A stretch of 63,782 bases of DNA, the filler included, from Octopus bimaculoides (lineage: Eukaryota): NCBI RefSeq assembly GCF_001194135.2. It is 8 parts of 7 records of this genome, joined end to end, with 100 filler letters (N's around TTAATTAATTAA, not from the genome) between each part and the next. Parts side by side here need not be neighbours in the genome. Positions count along the whole stretch, not along the records: positions 9,160 to 20,172 come from NC_068981.1; positions 20,273 to 31,624 come from NC_068981.1; 6 more parts are not named here. One strand, given 5' to 3'. This document shows positions 9,385-21,430 of the stretch, one piece after another. A program made the translations under genes and the position numbers. The notes under the pieces were generated by a model. That model did no database searches, had not been told where the DNA came from, and saw only the letters and a program-made list of their open reading frames with translations. Within the stretch, counting starts at the first letter, position 1, and each line of letters opens with the position of its first letter.

Positions 9385-11144
9385 ATTGGTTGGGATTCGG
9401 GCTGAATTCAGCACCGAAGATTATGGCAACGGTTCTCAAAACCATCCTGGAAAAGGCAGACAACGTGAAAAGAGCCACCAATTCCTATATTGACGACATC
9501 CAGGTGGACGCGAGCATAGTGTCGGAAAAGGAGGTCATAAGCCACCCGAAGAGTTTCGGGCTAACTGCCAAACCACTGGAGGCGATGGAAGGAGGAGCTG
9601 CACTGGGACTCAAGCTACGGAGAAACAAGGCCGGCGCGTTGGTGTTTCAAGAGGGAATGAGATCCCAGAACTAGGCACCAAGACGAGTAGGCGAGAACTG
9701 TTTTCTGTGTGTAGGAAGCTGCTGGGACACTACCCGATTGCAGCTTCACCAAGAGGCGAGCTGAAGAAGTGAGGTGGAGTGACAAAGAGGGTGAGAAGAC
9801 AACTGCCATGATGCAAGAAGTCTTGGAGAGAGTGACTGCAGAGGACCCAGTAAAAGGAAACTGGTATATGCCCAAATTGAAGAGAGTTGTCCTGGATATT
9901 GAAGGTGGAGGATGCAGCCTGGCTCAGAAAGGACGACTGCAATCACATCAACGTAGCGGAGCTGGATGTCATGTTTAAGGGGCTGAATCTGACCTTGAGG
10001 TACGGCTGCGAACCATCGAGATCCGGACCGATTCGACCACTGTACTTAGATGGGTGGGATCAGTGATCACAGGCGAGCGGAGGGTGCGAACCAAAGGGGG
10101 CGCTGAGATGCTGATAAGGCACCGTTTGGGAATTCTGGGCGAGCTAGCTGCCGAGTTTGCTGGTTGCAGGTGCCGGAGGATCTGGAGCAAAGAGTGGCTG
10201 CAGTGTGTCGACTGATTGACTCGGAGCTGAGGAGGCTGCATACCATGCATCGTATGTGGATGGACAGGACCCTGTTCCTAGCCAGGAAAGTTGACTATGA
10301 CGTGACCAGGCAGAGAGTAGTTGGGAGCTGCGACAGGTGCCAGTCCATTGACCCCGCTCCGGGTGTACATGAGGCAGGATGCATTCCAGTGGTACACAAC
10401 TGGAACCGACTGGCAGTGGACGTGACGCTCTACCGGCAGGGGACATACTTCTCGATGGTCGACTACGGACCGGGGCGGTTGGCTATATGGAGGGAGACGA
10501 AGACGGGGACCGCGGAGGAAATTACAAGATTACAAAATGAGATATTCCTAGAACGAGGCCCCGTGGATGAGCTGCTTGTGAACAATAGCACTGCTTTTCG
10601 CTCGGAGGTGCTGAGGGAAATGCTCGACAAGTGGTATGTTAGCCGTTTCTTCAGGGCGGCATACCAGCCAAATGGCAATGGGGTTGTGGAGAGGCGTCAT
10701 CGCACCATCAAGACCATAGCATAGAGGGGCTACATCTTACCGGTCGAAGCGGGTTTTTTTGGGGTGGGGGGTATAATATGTCACCCAGGTCGGGACAGGC
10801 TGAGGAGTCAGTGTCACACTGGGCAATATTCAAGTACGAATGGAGACATCCATGTAATACATCGCCGCAACCCGCAGAAGAGAAAGAGCATGCCTTTGTG
10901 CAGGTCGGAGAAGAAGTCTGGGTTAAACCCCCAAATGCGCGGTGCACATCACAATGGGGAAAGGGGACAATGACCTCCGTAAATTCGAGGAACAATGTCT
11001 TCATAGATGGCATGCCACGTCATGTTTTAGATGTACGCAGGATCATCAATGCGTCGGAGGATGAAGTTAACAGTAATGGACAAGAGGACGAAGCCGGCAG
11101 CAACATGCCAGGGACTGAGGCCAGTCCTGAAGTCCCACGACTGT
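9385..11144 (+). mobile_element. Ty3/Gypsy LTR retrotransposon pol relic (RT-RNaseH-integrase), 5'-truncated
   Basis: RT: LGFGLNSAPKIMA...SYIDDIQV. RNaseH: EDAAWLRKDD.NHINVAELD...RTDSTTV. Integrase: HHCC (HTMH..CDRC), RLAVDVT, NGNGVVERRHRTIK, and a C-terminal VGEEVWVKPP..SQWGKG. The RT-RH-INT order indicates Gypsy. Frameshifted. Confidence 0.92.
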
Positions 11145-11321
11145 NNNNNNNNNNNNNNNNNNNNNNNNNNNNNNNNNNNNNNNNNNNNNNNNNNNNNNNN
11201 NNNNNNNNNNNNNNNNNNNNNNNNNNNNNNNNNNNNNNNNNNNNNNNNNNNNNNNNNNNNNNNNNNNNNNNNNNNNNNNNNNNNNNNNNNNNNNNNNNNN
11301 NNNNNNNNNNNNNNNNNNNNN

Positions 11322-11676
11322 GTGTTGTGGACTGGCTCATAAACCAGGCTGTGTTGTAGGAAAGGACCGGAAGTGAGGGAGTACGCATGTCCTATCGGAA
11401 GTCGGGTCTGTGGGTCCCACCGGAAAGGCCGCGGTGGGTATGCGGGGTCGCCGAGACGCGAGCGGTCAGTTGGCAGTGGACGGCGTACGAGAGCAGACCT
11501 GTTAGACAGTACGGCGGCAAACAGAGCACGTGGACGTTGTGAGCGACTCCTTCCACATAGATAGACGGTACGGCGGCAGACAGAGAACGTGTACATTGTG
11601 AGCGACCCTTCCAGATAGACAGGTAAGACTACGGTAATTCTTTCTCTGCTTCTGTCTTTTCCTCCTTCACATCACA
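11322..11676 (+). mobile_element. 3' LTR of the Gypsy element
   Basis: GC-rich block after the integrase and gap, starting near TGTTGT and ending ...CACATCACA. Contains a 59-bp tandem repeat (11503 and 11562). Confidence 0.7.
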
Positions 11677-11790
11677 AAAACAAAAGACAAAAACAGGTGT
11701 ATAAACAACAAGCAAGTGCATTAGTTTGACGCTCGGGAAAATGAAAAACTCTTTTTGCAGAACGCTCTCTCCAGTTATTGTTTTGTTTTG
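11677..11790 (-). mobile_element. Penelope-like pseudo-LTR fragment (family P1-related), hammerhead partly deleted
   Basis: The reverse complement AAAAGAGTTTTTCATTTTCCCGAGCGTCAAACTAATGCACTTGCTTGTTGTTTATACACCTG matches 8269-8330. Confidence 0.6.
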
Positions 11791-12538
11791 TTGATATTTA
11801 TAATCAGTAGCACTACATTGCCACTGTATACGTAAGAACTGAGTAGAATACGATTCACTGAAGTGGTCTAATGAGACCGAAATAGGTTCGTTACTCTCGC
11901 CAGATTGATTTCTTTACGCATTGGCAATATTGTCAAAAAAGTTTGATCACGTAATCGTAGAGGATTTATCTCCCTTGATTGTTATTGTTTGATCTCATTT
12001 TATCCATTTAGTGCTTAGGTGATTCACTTAGGTGATTTTATCTACTTAGTGCTTATTTAAAGGCTAGCGTAGATGAGTATATGTAGTTGTTGATACTTAG
12101 TTGCAGTCCTGATCGAGAATACCTATAACCACAACCGTTCCAACTGTGTCTATCCCCACTTCTTTCGGACGTCGTTTACAAAAAAAAGATAACTGGATTA
12201 TTCTGTCTTATTGCTCAAGATGGTAAGGCTTGACTTGAGGAAGATTTGGCTCCCTTTCCAAGTAGGTTGAGTAACCATGTAAAGCATTCTTCGTTGGCTC
12301 ACATGCTCAAAGTTTTAACGAAGAATAAATTCATTTCCTTGAATTTGAAGGGAATTTAGTGGCTTATACAGTGAACTGCTGACAAATGAAAATCTTATCA
12401 AGGCTATGTTTTGTAAGCGATAACAGAAAAGAAAAACTAAGTTTATAATGAAAATGAGATCTTTTCCTGGAACGGAAATCTGATTTCAGTGCAGCTGTTC
12501 TTTTTTCCTTTAGTGCAGAGCGCCAAAGTTTACACACG

Positions 12539-12571
<33 letters not shown>

Positions 12572-12580
12572 ACGCACACG

Positions 12581-12679
<99 letters not shown>

Positions 12680-12839
12680 GTATGTACATACAATATATAT
12701 GTGTATGTATATATATATACACACATATATATAAGTACGTATGCCTTCATAAATACGCATGCATACATATGTGTGTGTGTTTGCTTGTATAATTATGTGT
12801 GCATTTATGAACAATAAATAAATAAATAAAGATTTGTAA

Positions 12840-14530
12840 ATATTTTACTTAGGATGGATTCCTAATTGTTTCTTAAGTTGAAATATTTTCTTTTTTCCTT
12901 TTTCTTGGGGAGAATTTTGAAAAGAGAGCAAAATGATAAGTTTTAGGTTCCGCCAATTTGGCATAGCTCACAAAGTAGTTGTGTAAATTCCTTTCAGATT
13001 GTTGTTGCTGTTGTAGTTGTGCTTATTGTTGTGTTGGCTCAGGTTAGCTCTCATATTCAAGGTCATATTTATTCTGCTTTTGGAATGTTTAGGACTATAT
13101 TGAGGAAGATTTTGATGCTATTTCTAATAGGTTGTGTGCGGTATTTGCTTTCTTTTGAATTTCTCACCTTTTTCTTCAATTTCGCTGTTTCGGTTGTGTA
13201 ATTGGAGTTGTATTTTTACACTGGTATATAGAGTTTTTAATCTTAGAATTACTAGACATAAACAATTCTAAACATAAACATAAACTAGAAATAGTTCATA
13301 AACATAAACTAGATACTTGGGAACTGGTCTGTCATTTAATAAAGTAAATATATACCTACCAAGTCAGCTATTTGTGCTGAATCAGAACTTCCCATCATGA
13401 TATCAAAACCATCGGGTGTATCTTTACGGACCCACAGCTTGTTATCAAATTTTATGATAGCTTTTCTGGTGAGACCAGCTTTGTTGTGAGCTAGCCAGAG
13501 TGCCTTATTAAGTACTATTGGGTTGATGGAAGGATAGAAACTAGAAATGTCAAACTGGATAAACTTAGTGCTCCTCTTATTAGTAACAGAACTAAACCAG
13601 TCAGCGACTTGGAACGAATTGGACCATAAACTAAGCTTTATTTTTTTTTTAACTAAGGTAGGAATATATTTATCTAGAATATTTTTACTAAGTACACCGA
13701 TGTCAGAGCTAGAAGGACAGATAAGTCGTAAGGATGGGTTATTGAAAAATTTTTGTTTATGATCTTTTAAAATAAAACGAGGTTGCTTAGGATCACGTGG
13801 TTCTGTCTTCATCTGTAAGCTATACTTCTCCATAATTTTCCTAGCCTCAAGGTTGGCTTTCCCGAGTGTACCTTTACCGGTAATCCTATAGTTTTTTGAA
13901 TTTCTTTTTTAAGCATTTCTAGGTAATAGTCCTTGGTAAGTTTGTACAAGTTCCCCGTTTTATCTGATTGAACCAGTATACTATCCATGCTATGAATTTC
14001 CTTGGTGATTTTGTGAAGATACCTCAGATGTTTATTCCTTAGGGCTGGATGTTGAAATTTTACATTCCACCCAATAGATCAGAGATCATCTTCAAACTGT
14101 TTCAATCTTGGGTTGGGTGGAGGATTATTTTTAGATTTAAATAATTTCTTAAATTCAGAAGTTATATCATTAGTGGGCTGTTGAATGTCTTTATTGTCGA
14201 TGAAAAAAGTGAGCCATCTGATATGGTTAATAAAGGAATTTGTCTTATTAACGAGTTGCTTAAGGAAAGCATTCTTTGGGGGAATGGGTATATCCTTAAG
14301 AGATGCGTTTATATTAAATAACTCCATTATATTAAATAACTTCATTCTAAAGGTAAATCGATGTCTTTAAAGATAGTTACACTAAAAATAAAGCAACTAC
14401 TAGCAAATCTATTAGGTTGATTATTCCTTATGGGAGGCAAATTAATTCTAATCTTCCTTTCCAGTTTAGGGAAGCTATTATTAGGAGTCAATAGTACCTT
14501 GCAATTTATTTTTTCGTGAATTATTTGCTC

Positions 14531-14560
<30 letters not shown>
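12840..14560 (-). mobile_element. Penelope-like element relic (N-terminal region, RT, degenerate C-terminal pieces)
   Basis: SLKDIPIPPKNAFLKQLVNKTNSFINHIRW; LRLICPSSSDIGVLSKNILD; FIQFDISSFYPSI; GFDIMMGSSDSAQIADLVGIYLL. Degenerate NMRANLSQHNK at ~13020-13070. The portion below ~13250 is lower confidence. Confidence 0.85.
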
Positions 14561-14563
<3 letters not shown>

Positions 14564-14579
14564 TCCTGTGAAAAAAAAA

Positions 14580-14758
14580 TTTTTCACAGGAATTTTCAAT
14601 GGCTGGATAACTGAAGAGATGTTGGCATGGGCTCCCACCCTGGCATCCGAAACTCGGAGTTTTATCATGGCTACTGAATAAGTGTCACATATTTTTACAG
14701 ATAAATTCCTCTATTTGCATAATATCGAGGTCTTTCTTTCTTTTGTTGTCCTTCCTGT
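14580..14758 (+). mobile_element. PLE pseudo-LTR in opposite orientation to the adjacent PLE ORF
   Basis: Contains a hammerhead fold followed by GATAAATTCCTCTATTTGCATAATATCGAGGTCTTTC; joined to the ORF side through a 14-bp fold-back. Confidence 0.6.
14606..14666 (+). ncRNA. Type I hammerhead-ribozyme-like motif with canonical CUGAAGA core and long stem II
   Basis: GATAA|CTGAAGA|GATG..22 nt..CATC(C)|GAA|ACT cgg AGT|T^TTATC. The triplet is GUU, and there is one bulged C at the base of stem II. Confidence 0.6.
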
Positions 14759-14840
14759 NNNNNNNNNNNNNNNNNNNNNNNNNNNNNNNNNNNNNNNNNN
14801 NNNNNNNNNNNNNNNNNNNNNNNNNNNNNNNNNNNNNNNN

Positions 14841-14875
<35 letters not shown>

Positions 14876-15194
14876 ATTCACATATATATACATTGACTCC
14901 GTTATTATCTAGTGTAACAATTTAAAAATGATAACAGAATCAATAATATAGGCGATAGCAGACCCCGCAAAAAGTATTAAATAGCCGAAGCATTAAAATT
15001 AATCAAAGGATATATTAAGTATGTCTGCCTGCTGGAAAAAACAGTCAAAACGCTTATTTAAATCGCCAAAATACAGTAATAATAACTACAGAAATCAACT
15101 GTCCGAAGGCAAACGGGCCAAAACAATCTTTCAGCATACATTCAAGTATTTGGACTCACGTGGACCAGTTTCTGGACTGGCATCTACATATACA

Positions 15195-15226
<32 letters not shown>

Positions 15227-15285
15227 CACACATACACCCCCCACACACATATATATACACTCATTCACATTCTCTCTCTCCTCCT

Positions 15286-15319
<34 letters not shown>

Positions 15320-15327
15320 TATATGTA

Positions 15328-17022
15328 CGAGGGGTGCTGAAAGTCCCTGGATTTCAGGGTATCATGAAAGGGAAGAGCCATTTCTTTTACAGGCGAAGTA
15401 GGACGATTGTTTAGAAGATATGCAAAAAACCATGATGATATTGTTATGAGAATGCAAGTTTGGCCCATTGGTTGGTTTTGAACCGGTGGAGTCGCTATGT
15501 GTATGTGTAGAAAAAAAAAAGGTTGCCTCCTCTTTGTTTCGCTCGGCTCGGAGAAGTTGCTGCTTTGGGCGAGAAGATTTTTGCATTTTGGGGAGAGACA
15601 ATGACGTGGCGTACCCAAAATATTTTGTAAGTATAAAAGACAGTAGCTGAGCCAGCAGCGGCAATAAGGGTACGCCACGTTATTGTCTCTCTCCCAAATG
15701 TAAGAATCTTCTTGCCCAAAGCAGCAACTTCTTCGAGCCGAGCGAAACAAAGAGGAAGCAACCTTTTTTTATTTTCATTGAGAACAATTGGTGACTACAC
15801 ATACACGTAGTGACTCCATCGGTTCAAAACCAACCAATGGTACAAACTTACAGTCTCATAATAGCATACAATATATCTTTTTCTTTTTTTTAGATTTAAC
15901 GCATGATAGCAGCTCCTACAGTAGATTTTGATAAAACTGAAGCTTGGGCGTTCATGAAGTTCCTCTTTTTGAAAGGCAAAGGAACGGCAGAAATCCATGG
16001 TGAGATGAAAGAAGTCTTGAAAGATGGCTGCCCATCTTACTACACAGTGAAAATCTGGGTGTAAAGGCTTCGGACTGGTCATTTCAAGATCACAGATGAA
16101 CCCCGATCAGAACAACCAAGTTCCGCGACCGCAGAGGACAAAGCCGACGCTATGCACATCATAATTCTGGGGTCCGCTGGATTTCAGCTAAAGCCATAGC
16201 TGAGACTCTGGGAATTTCCTGCGAAAGGGTTGGTTACATATCCACAACACTCTGGATATGTAAAAGCTTTCCGCAAAATGGATGCCGAAATACTGGAATG
16301 CAGATCAGAAATGCATTAGGGTAGTAGCATAAAAGGCGATTTTGGACCGGTTTGCTACGGAAGAGACATATTTTATGGCTCGTTTAGTCAACATGGATGA
16401 AACTTGGCTTCATCATTATGATCCTCAGACCAAACAACAATCAATGGAGAGGCGCCATAGCGGTTCTCTGCGTCCCAAGAAGTTTCGGACCCAGAAGATT
16501 CTGGCTTCATTGTTCTGGGACAAAGACGGAGTACTCCTCATAAAGTATATGCCAAAAAGTCGCACTGTCAACGCAAAATACTATGTCTCTGTTGGACGAA
16601 GTGAGTGAAGCTTTGAAGCAGAAACGCCATGGAAAGCTGAGCCGTGGTGTCCTCTTTTTGCAGAACAACGCGCCGGAACACAGTACACGAAACTCTATGG
16701 AAAATACGCGATTTTGGTTTTGAATCGGTAGACCACTTACCTTACTCTCCTGCCTTGGCCCCCTCTGACTATCACCTCTTTCTACAACTGAGGAAACATC
16801 TCAAGGAACGAAATTTCGCTCCGAAAGGGAAGTGATCGCTGCTACAGACGCCTGGCTGAAGGTCCAACCTGCCGAGTTCTTTTACAGAGCTTAGAAAAAC
16901 CGAAGGACTGCTGCAATAAGTGTGTGAATCTGAGAGGAGAATATGTTGAATAGAATCATAAATAACTGATGCTCCTATATTTTCCTTTACCGAAAGCCAG
17001 GAACTTTTCAGAACACCCCTCG
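15328..17022 (+). mobile_element. Full-length decayed mariner, irritans/Hsmar2-like, with TIRs and TA TSD
   Basis: TA|CGAGGGGTGCTGAAAGTCCCTGG...CCAGGAACTTTTCAGAACACCCCTCG|TA. Transposase relic 15903-16953: AFMKFLFLKGKG, AKWMPK, LVNMDETWLHHYDP, LFWDKDG, HLPYSPALAPSDYHLF. Contains stops and frameshifts. Confidence 0.93.
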
Positions 17023-17810
17023 TATATGCATGTATGTATGTATGTATGTATGTATATACGTTAGGGCCGAAATTTTAGAATTTACATATACACATCATGG
17101 TAAATGAACTTGTCTTTTCCTAAATACAAACCATTCTTAATTCGAAATACTCCAGCAAGTTAGATTAATTTAGAGAGTTAATAAAACGCTTAAGGAAGCA
17201 GGCATCATGCTATATGGTAAAGAAATTTGCTTTATAACCATGTAGTTTTTGGCTTCGAACTCAATACGCGGTGCCTTAATCGAGCGTTTTCTGCCATAAT
17301 CTCGAGCCAGGCACTGAATTTTAAGCCTTTCAACTGAAGATTCGGGAAGAAAAGGTTGTTTGTACGTATGACAATGTTTGAGTTAATCTCTGAGCCTGGA
17401 ATACTGCATTGTAGTACAAACTATTAAAAGTCCCCACTTTAATAGAGTTAAATATCTTTATTTTCAAACACACGTTATTCACATTAAAATAACATATGAA
17501 ACTGAACACTAGAAATTTCGAATTACTTTCTGATTGAAATTTGATAGACAGAAACTCTAGAAATGATGTGGAGGTTTGATCTTTTGCATTCCTTTACGAA
17601 GTTCACTTTGTTACAAGCATTCAACTCAGGTTTTCCCTCAGAGGGTAATTTCTTTATTTCCATGAATCTTTATGTCGCTCGAAAAAAAAAAAGCACTAAC
17701 TTTCCTCCATTGATTATGCCATGACAAAAAAAAAAATGGCTTAAAAATTTCTATGGTCAAATAAGATATTTGAAAACGTTTAAAGAAAATGAGCAAATTA
17801 TCGACTAAAT

Positions 17811-18035
17811 ATTGGTTTCAAAATTTGGCACAAGGCCAGCAAGTTGGGGGGAATGGTTAAGTCGGTTAAGTCGGTTACATTGACCCTAGTGCTCAACTGC
17901 TACTTATTTTATCGGCCTCGAAAGTATGAAAGGTAAAGTCGACCTCGGAGGAATTTGAACTCAGAACGTGCGGACAGACGAAATGTCGCCAAGCATTTTA
18001 TCCGGCGTGCTAACAATATTGCCAGTTCACCGTCT
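17811..18035 (-). mobile_element. tRNA-derived SINE (family B, Nin-domain-like)
   Basis: The minus strand has a tRNA-like head with box B GAGTTCAAATTCC followed by GAGGCCGATAAAATAAGTAGCAG. Related copies at 29360-29450, 29615-29775 and 57500-57570. Confidence 0.75.
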
Positions 18036-18739
18036 TGTATTAAGTAAATATTGATGAGGATGATGATGATGATGACGATGACGATGACGACGACGACGAC
18101 GATGACAATTTTAGCTCAGAATTATATTTCCATTCATTGAATTAAGCCTACGGTGTAGTTTTAATTCCTGGTTAAATCTATTTCATTCACATCCTTAAAA
18201 AAGGAAAGAATGTGAATATTTCCCATCCCACCGTCTTGAATTACATATTTGGTCAAAGAAAACTTAAGATGCACTGTGAATTAATCCGCCGTGCGGTTTA
18301 ACTCTACCACCTGGCTTTTGTATATATTTGGTGGAGTCCACTGAATTGCAAGCCTTCGGATTAGGCTTCCAGTGTGAAGATAACTTGATATTTTGGAGCA
18401 TTACCTTCTATTGTAGGAATATGCTAATTGTAGCTTCTTCCTCTCTTCTCACAACAGACACGAATACCTTTCAAGAAGTTCATGTGTGCTGATTGTACTC
18501 TTCTGAATAAAAGCCATTTGATTCTCATTCAAAGTAGCCACTCTCCATTTCATACCTGTGAACTGACAACATGATTAATTTACTAGAAAGGTTAAAATAA
18601 TACTGATATATGACTCTGTATAAATATTCAATCATAAATCACACTGTACCAGTATTATAGTATTTAATGCTGGGCCGTTCACAATCATAAATACATTTTC
18701 ACTATTAACGTTCAATAGCTTGGAATCAACGGTTAAAAA

Positions 18740-19430
18740 CGGTTATAGAACTTATGGCTGGATTGAAAATGTTTAGAAACTACTTTTAAGAATTCCCTAC
18801 CTGTATTAGTTTTTTACGGCAATATTAAATGAGGGGTTAAACCATAAAACTCTCCTAGTTCTAGTTCTACGTGGTCTATTATTGTTAGATTTAGCTTGAC
18901 TATACTGGATCTTCCAAACCCGTTCTTTGGAAGAAAGTAATCAGATTCTTCTTAAGTTTATCTAACTCATGGCCGTTTAAATTATAGGTGACTATAAGAC
19001 CGTCATCTCTGTATAATCCTGCATCTATAAAAGGGAATACTAGATGCAGGTTATGAAAAATATAAGTTCCTATAAGCATACACAAATCCGCCCCGTCATA
19101 TGCCCCCATCGGCACATCAAATAGAGAATCTTCACTCTTTTTAACCCAGGTGGAATCATCGTAAAAAAGAAGGGATTTCCTTGCATGCAAGATAACATCT
19201 ATTTCCGAGTAATCGATGTTGACATATTGCTTAGCGAAGTTTAATGCTTTTAGAAGCAAATGCCTAGATATTGACGGCTAAAACCAATCTATCACTGACT
19301 TGCTGTTTTTCCAAATCCGTAAATTTAATTTACTATTTAACTTGCTTAAAATACGATCTAAAATATATTTGTTAATAATGCCTATTTCAGTTTTAGCTGG
19401 GTTAATTAGCTTTGTGGTATTTCAGGGTAA
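18740..19430 (-). mobile_element. Second Penelope-like RT relic with internal deletions
   Basis: LINPAKTEIGIINKYILD..WKNSKSVIDWF; LFDVPMGAYDGADLC..GLYRDDGLIV; then RTRRVLWFNPSFN..TNTGREFLKVVSKHF. Confidence 0.88.
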
Positions 19431-19884
19431 TAAAAGGTTGACGGGGGTGGAGAGCGGTATTCTATCCTGTCGCTAACTTTAAGATTGTTAGCAATTCTTC
19501 TTGCCTCCAAATTCACCTCTTTATATAAATGCGTGTTATCTTTTTTGTGTCTGTGGTGCTGTTCGAAAGTAAACGTTTATAAACATATATATAGACGTTT
19601 ATACATATCTATATTTATATATATCTGTTTAGTTTAGTTTGGACAAAAGTTTCGAAATGGGCTCTTAAAAGCTCTTATGCTTCTTGTTGTCGACTGCCAC
19701 CTGTTAATTCCATCTCCCAGGGTAATCCAATGGTATGTGTATACATGTGGAACTACTTTCAGCTTAGAATAAATATAATAACAATAATAACATGCCGATG
19801 AAAATTCATACGCTTTATTAATGCCTCACATGCTTCTACACCCCACACGATCATTAGGTAACAATTTTTCATATTTATAAGATA

Positions 19885-19975
19885 CTAGCAGAAATACCCG
19901 GCGTTACCCGGGTTAAAGAGAATAATGAAATCTAAAAACGCCGTCTAGACTACGCATCATCTTTATATAGAGAGA
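19885..19975 (-). mobile_element. 91-bp non-autonomous Helitron
   Basis: Minus strand: A|TCTCTCTATATAAAG ... hairpin ACCCGG gtaacg CCGGGT ... CTAG|T. It has canonical 5'-TC and 3'-CTAG ends, a subterminal GC hairpin and an A|T target. Confidence 0.75.
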
Positions 19976-20329
19976 TGTATATACACACACGCACCCAAAC
20001 ACACGTATATATATGTATATCAATATAAATATATGAAAGCCAATGAAGTTTCGTAAAAGAAGGTGATCATGTACATACTTTCTTGCTGTTGTGATTATAA
20101 CACCTCGTTGTAAACAATGTTCCTTGTTTTCCCTTGTGGAGCATATACAAATAGGTTTTTTTTGTTGCCCACNNNNNNNNNNNNNNNNNNNNNNNNNNNN
20201 NNNNNNNNNNNNNNNNTTAATTAATTAANNNNNNNNNNNNNNNNNNNNNNNNNNNNNNNNNNNNNNNNNNNNATGATAATAATAAGGATTATTACGAAGT
20301 GACATAGCATTATTTTTATTGCTTTTCAT

Positions 20330-21430
20330 ATATCAGACGGAGTAAAATTTTACGACGTTTTGAAACTTAAAATTCATCACAATATATTTCAACAATACAG
20401 AAATGTTATTCATCAGTGTAAATACTATTTCAAAAAACACATTTTCTCAACGAGTTATAAGTTTGTTTATTCTAGTAACATAAAAATCTGGAGTTTTGGA
20501 GCTGATGAACTCTCTGAATGCACTCTCAGAATCGGTTTGATTTTTTAACTCCTCTCGCCGGAAACTATCAAGGTGCTTGAAAAAGTGGTTGCTGGGAGGA
20601 GAAAAGTCTAGGGAATAAGCTCGGTGGGGAAGACCTTCGTAGCCAAGTTCCCGAGCTTCGGGTCGTCATTTGTGCTCGACTACACGTTTCATAAACGTAT
20701 AGTCGAGCATTGTCATTAAGAATGATTGGCTCTCCTCTGTGGAGCAGTCTGAGACGGGAGAGTAGCAGTTTTTCGTTTATTTTGGCAATTCCATGGTAAT
20801 ATATTTCTGCAGTAATGGTTTTCCAGGTTTTAAGAAGTTAGAGGGGATGAGTCCAGCAGTAAACCACTAAACACTCACCATAACCTACTTTTTGAATTGC
20901 TCGAGTTTAGAGAAGGTTGTCGGTGCTTCATTTTGCTCCAACCACTGCAAAGAACGTTTCTCATTATTGTACAGAATCCAATTTTCATCACCAGGTACAA
21001 TATGGTCGAGAAATAGAACCTTTCTGTTACGGAGAAGTAAATTTCATATGTGCGAAATTTCTTATTTTCATTCATATCGGGTGGTACCAATTTGTTGAGA
21101 TTTCTTTGATTTTACGATCACATGTAAACAGTTGCAAGCGTTTTCCTAGCTAACTTGAAGTTCTTTTGCCAGTTCTCGAGTGGTTTTAAGTGGATCTTTC
21201 TCAATGACTGTCTTTAATTAACCGTCATCAATGACAGATGGGCGTCCACTAAGTTCACGATTTTCAACGCTCAGATGTTCACTGCGAAATCGTTTAAACC
21301 GTTTTCGAGCTGACCACTCACTGGTCATTTACTCACCAAACGTTTCGGTGAAATCGCGAGCAGTTTCAGCTGCTTTACGTCCTTTTTGAATAGCAAAATT
21401 GCTCGAATATCGCACTTTGACAGTTCTAAT
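20330..21430 (-). pseudogene. Mariner transposase pseudogene related to 6711-7699
   Basis: KKGRKAAETARDFTETFG, SGRPSVIDD, FLDHIVPGDENWILYNN, PIILNDNAR, NHFFKHLDSF, DFYVTRINKLITR*. Many stops. Confidence 0.85.

Noticed and set aside
11677-11790. Pseudo-LTR copy that seemed to start exactly at the hammerhead cleavage site
   Set aside because: Homology continues upstream (CTGGAGA GAGC gttct GC), so this is an internal deletion of the GAAA/stem III segment rather than a cleavage-defined 5' end.
11850-11891. CTGAAGT-GGTC taatga GACC-GAAA hammerhead-like motif
   Set aside because: A9 is replaced by U, no credible stem III is present, and stem I is mismatched.
19635-19685. Minus-strand GAAAC-tttt-GTC beside the second PLE
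   Set aside because: The core is too degenerate (CATAAGA or CTTTTAA) to call.
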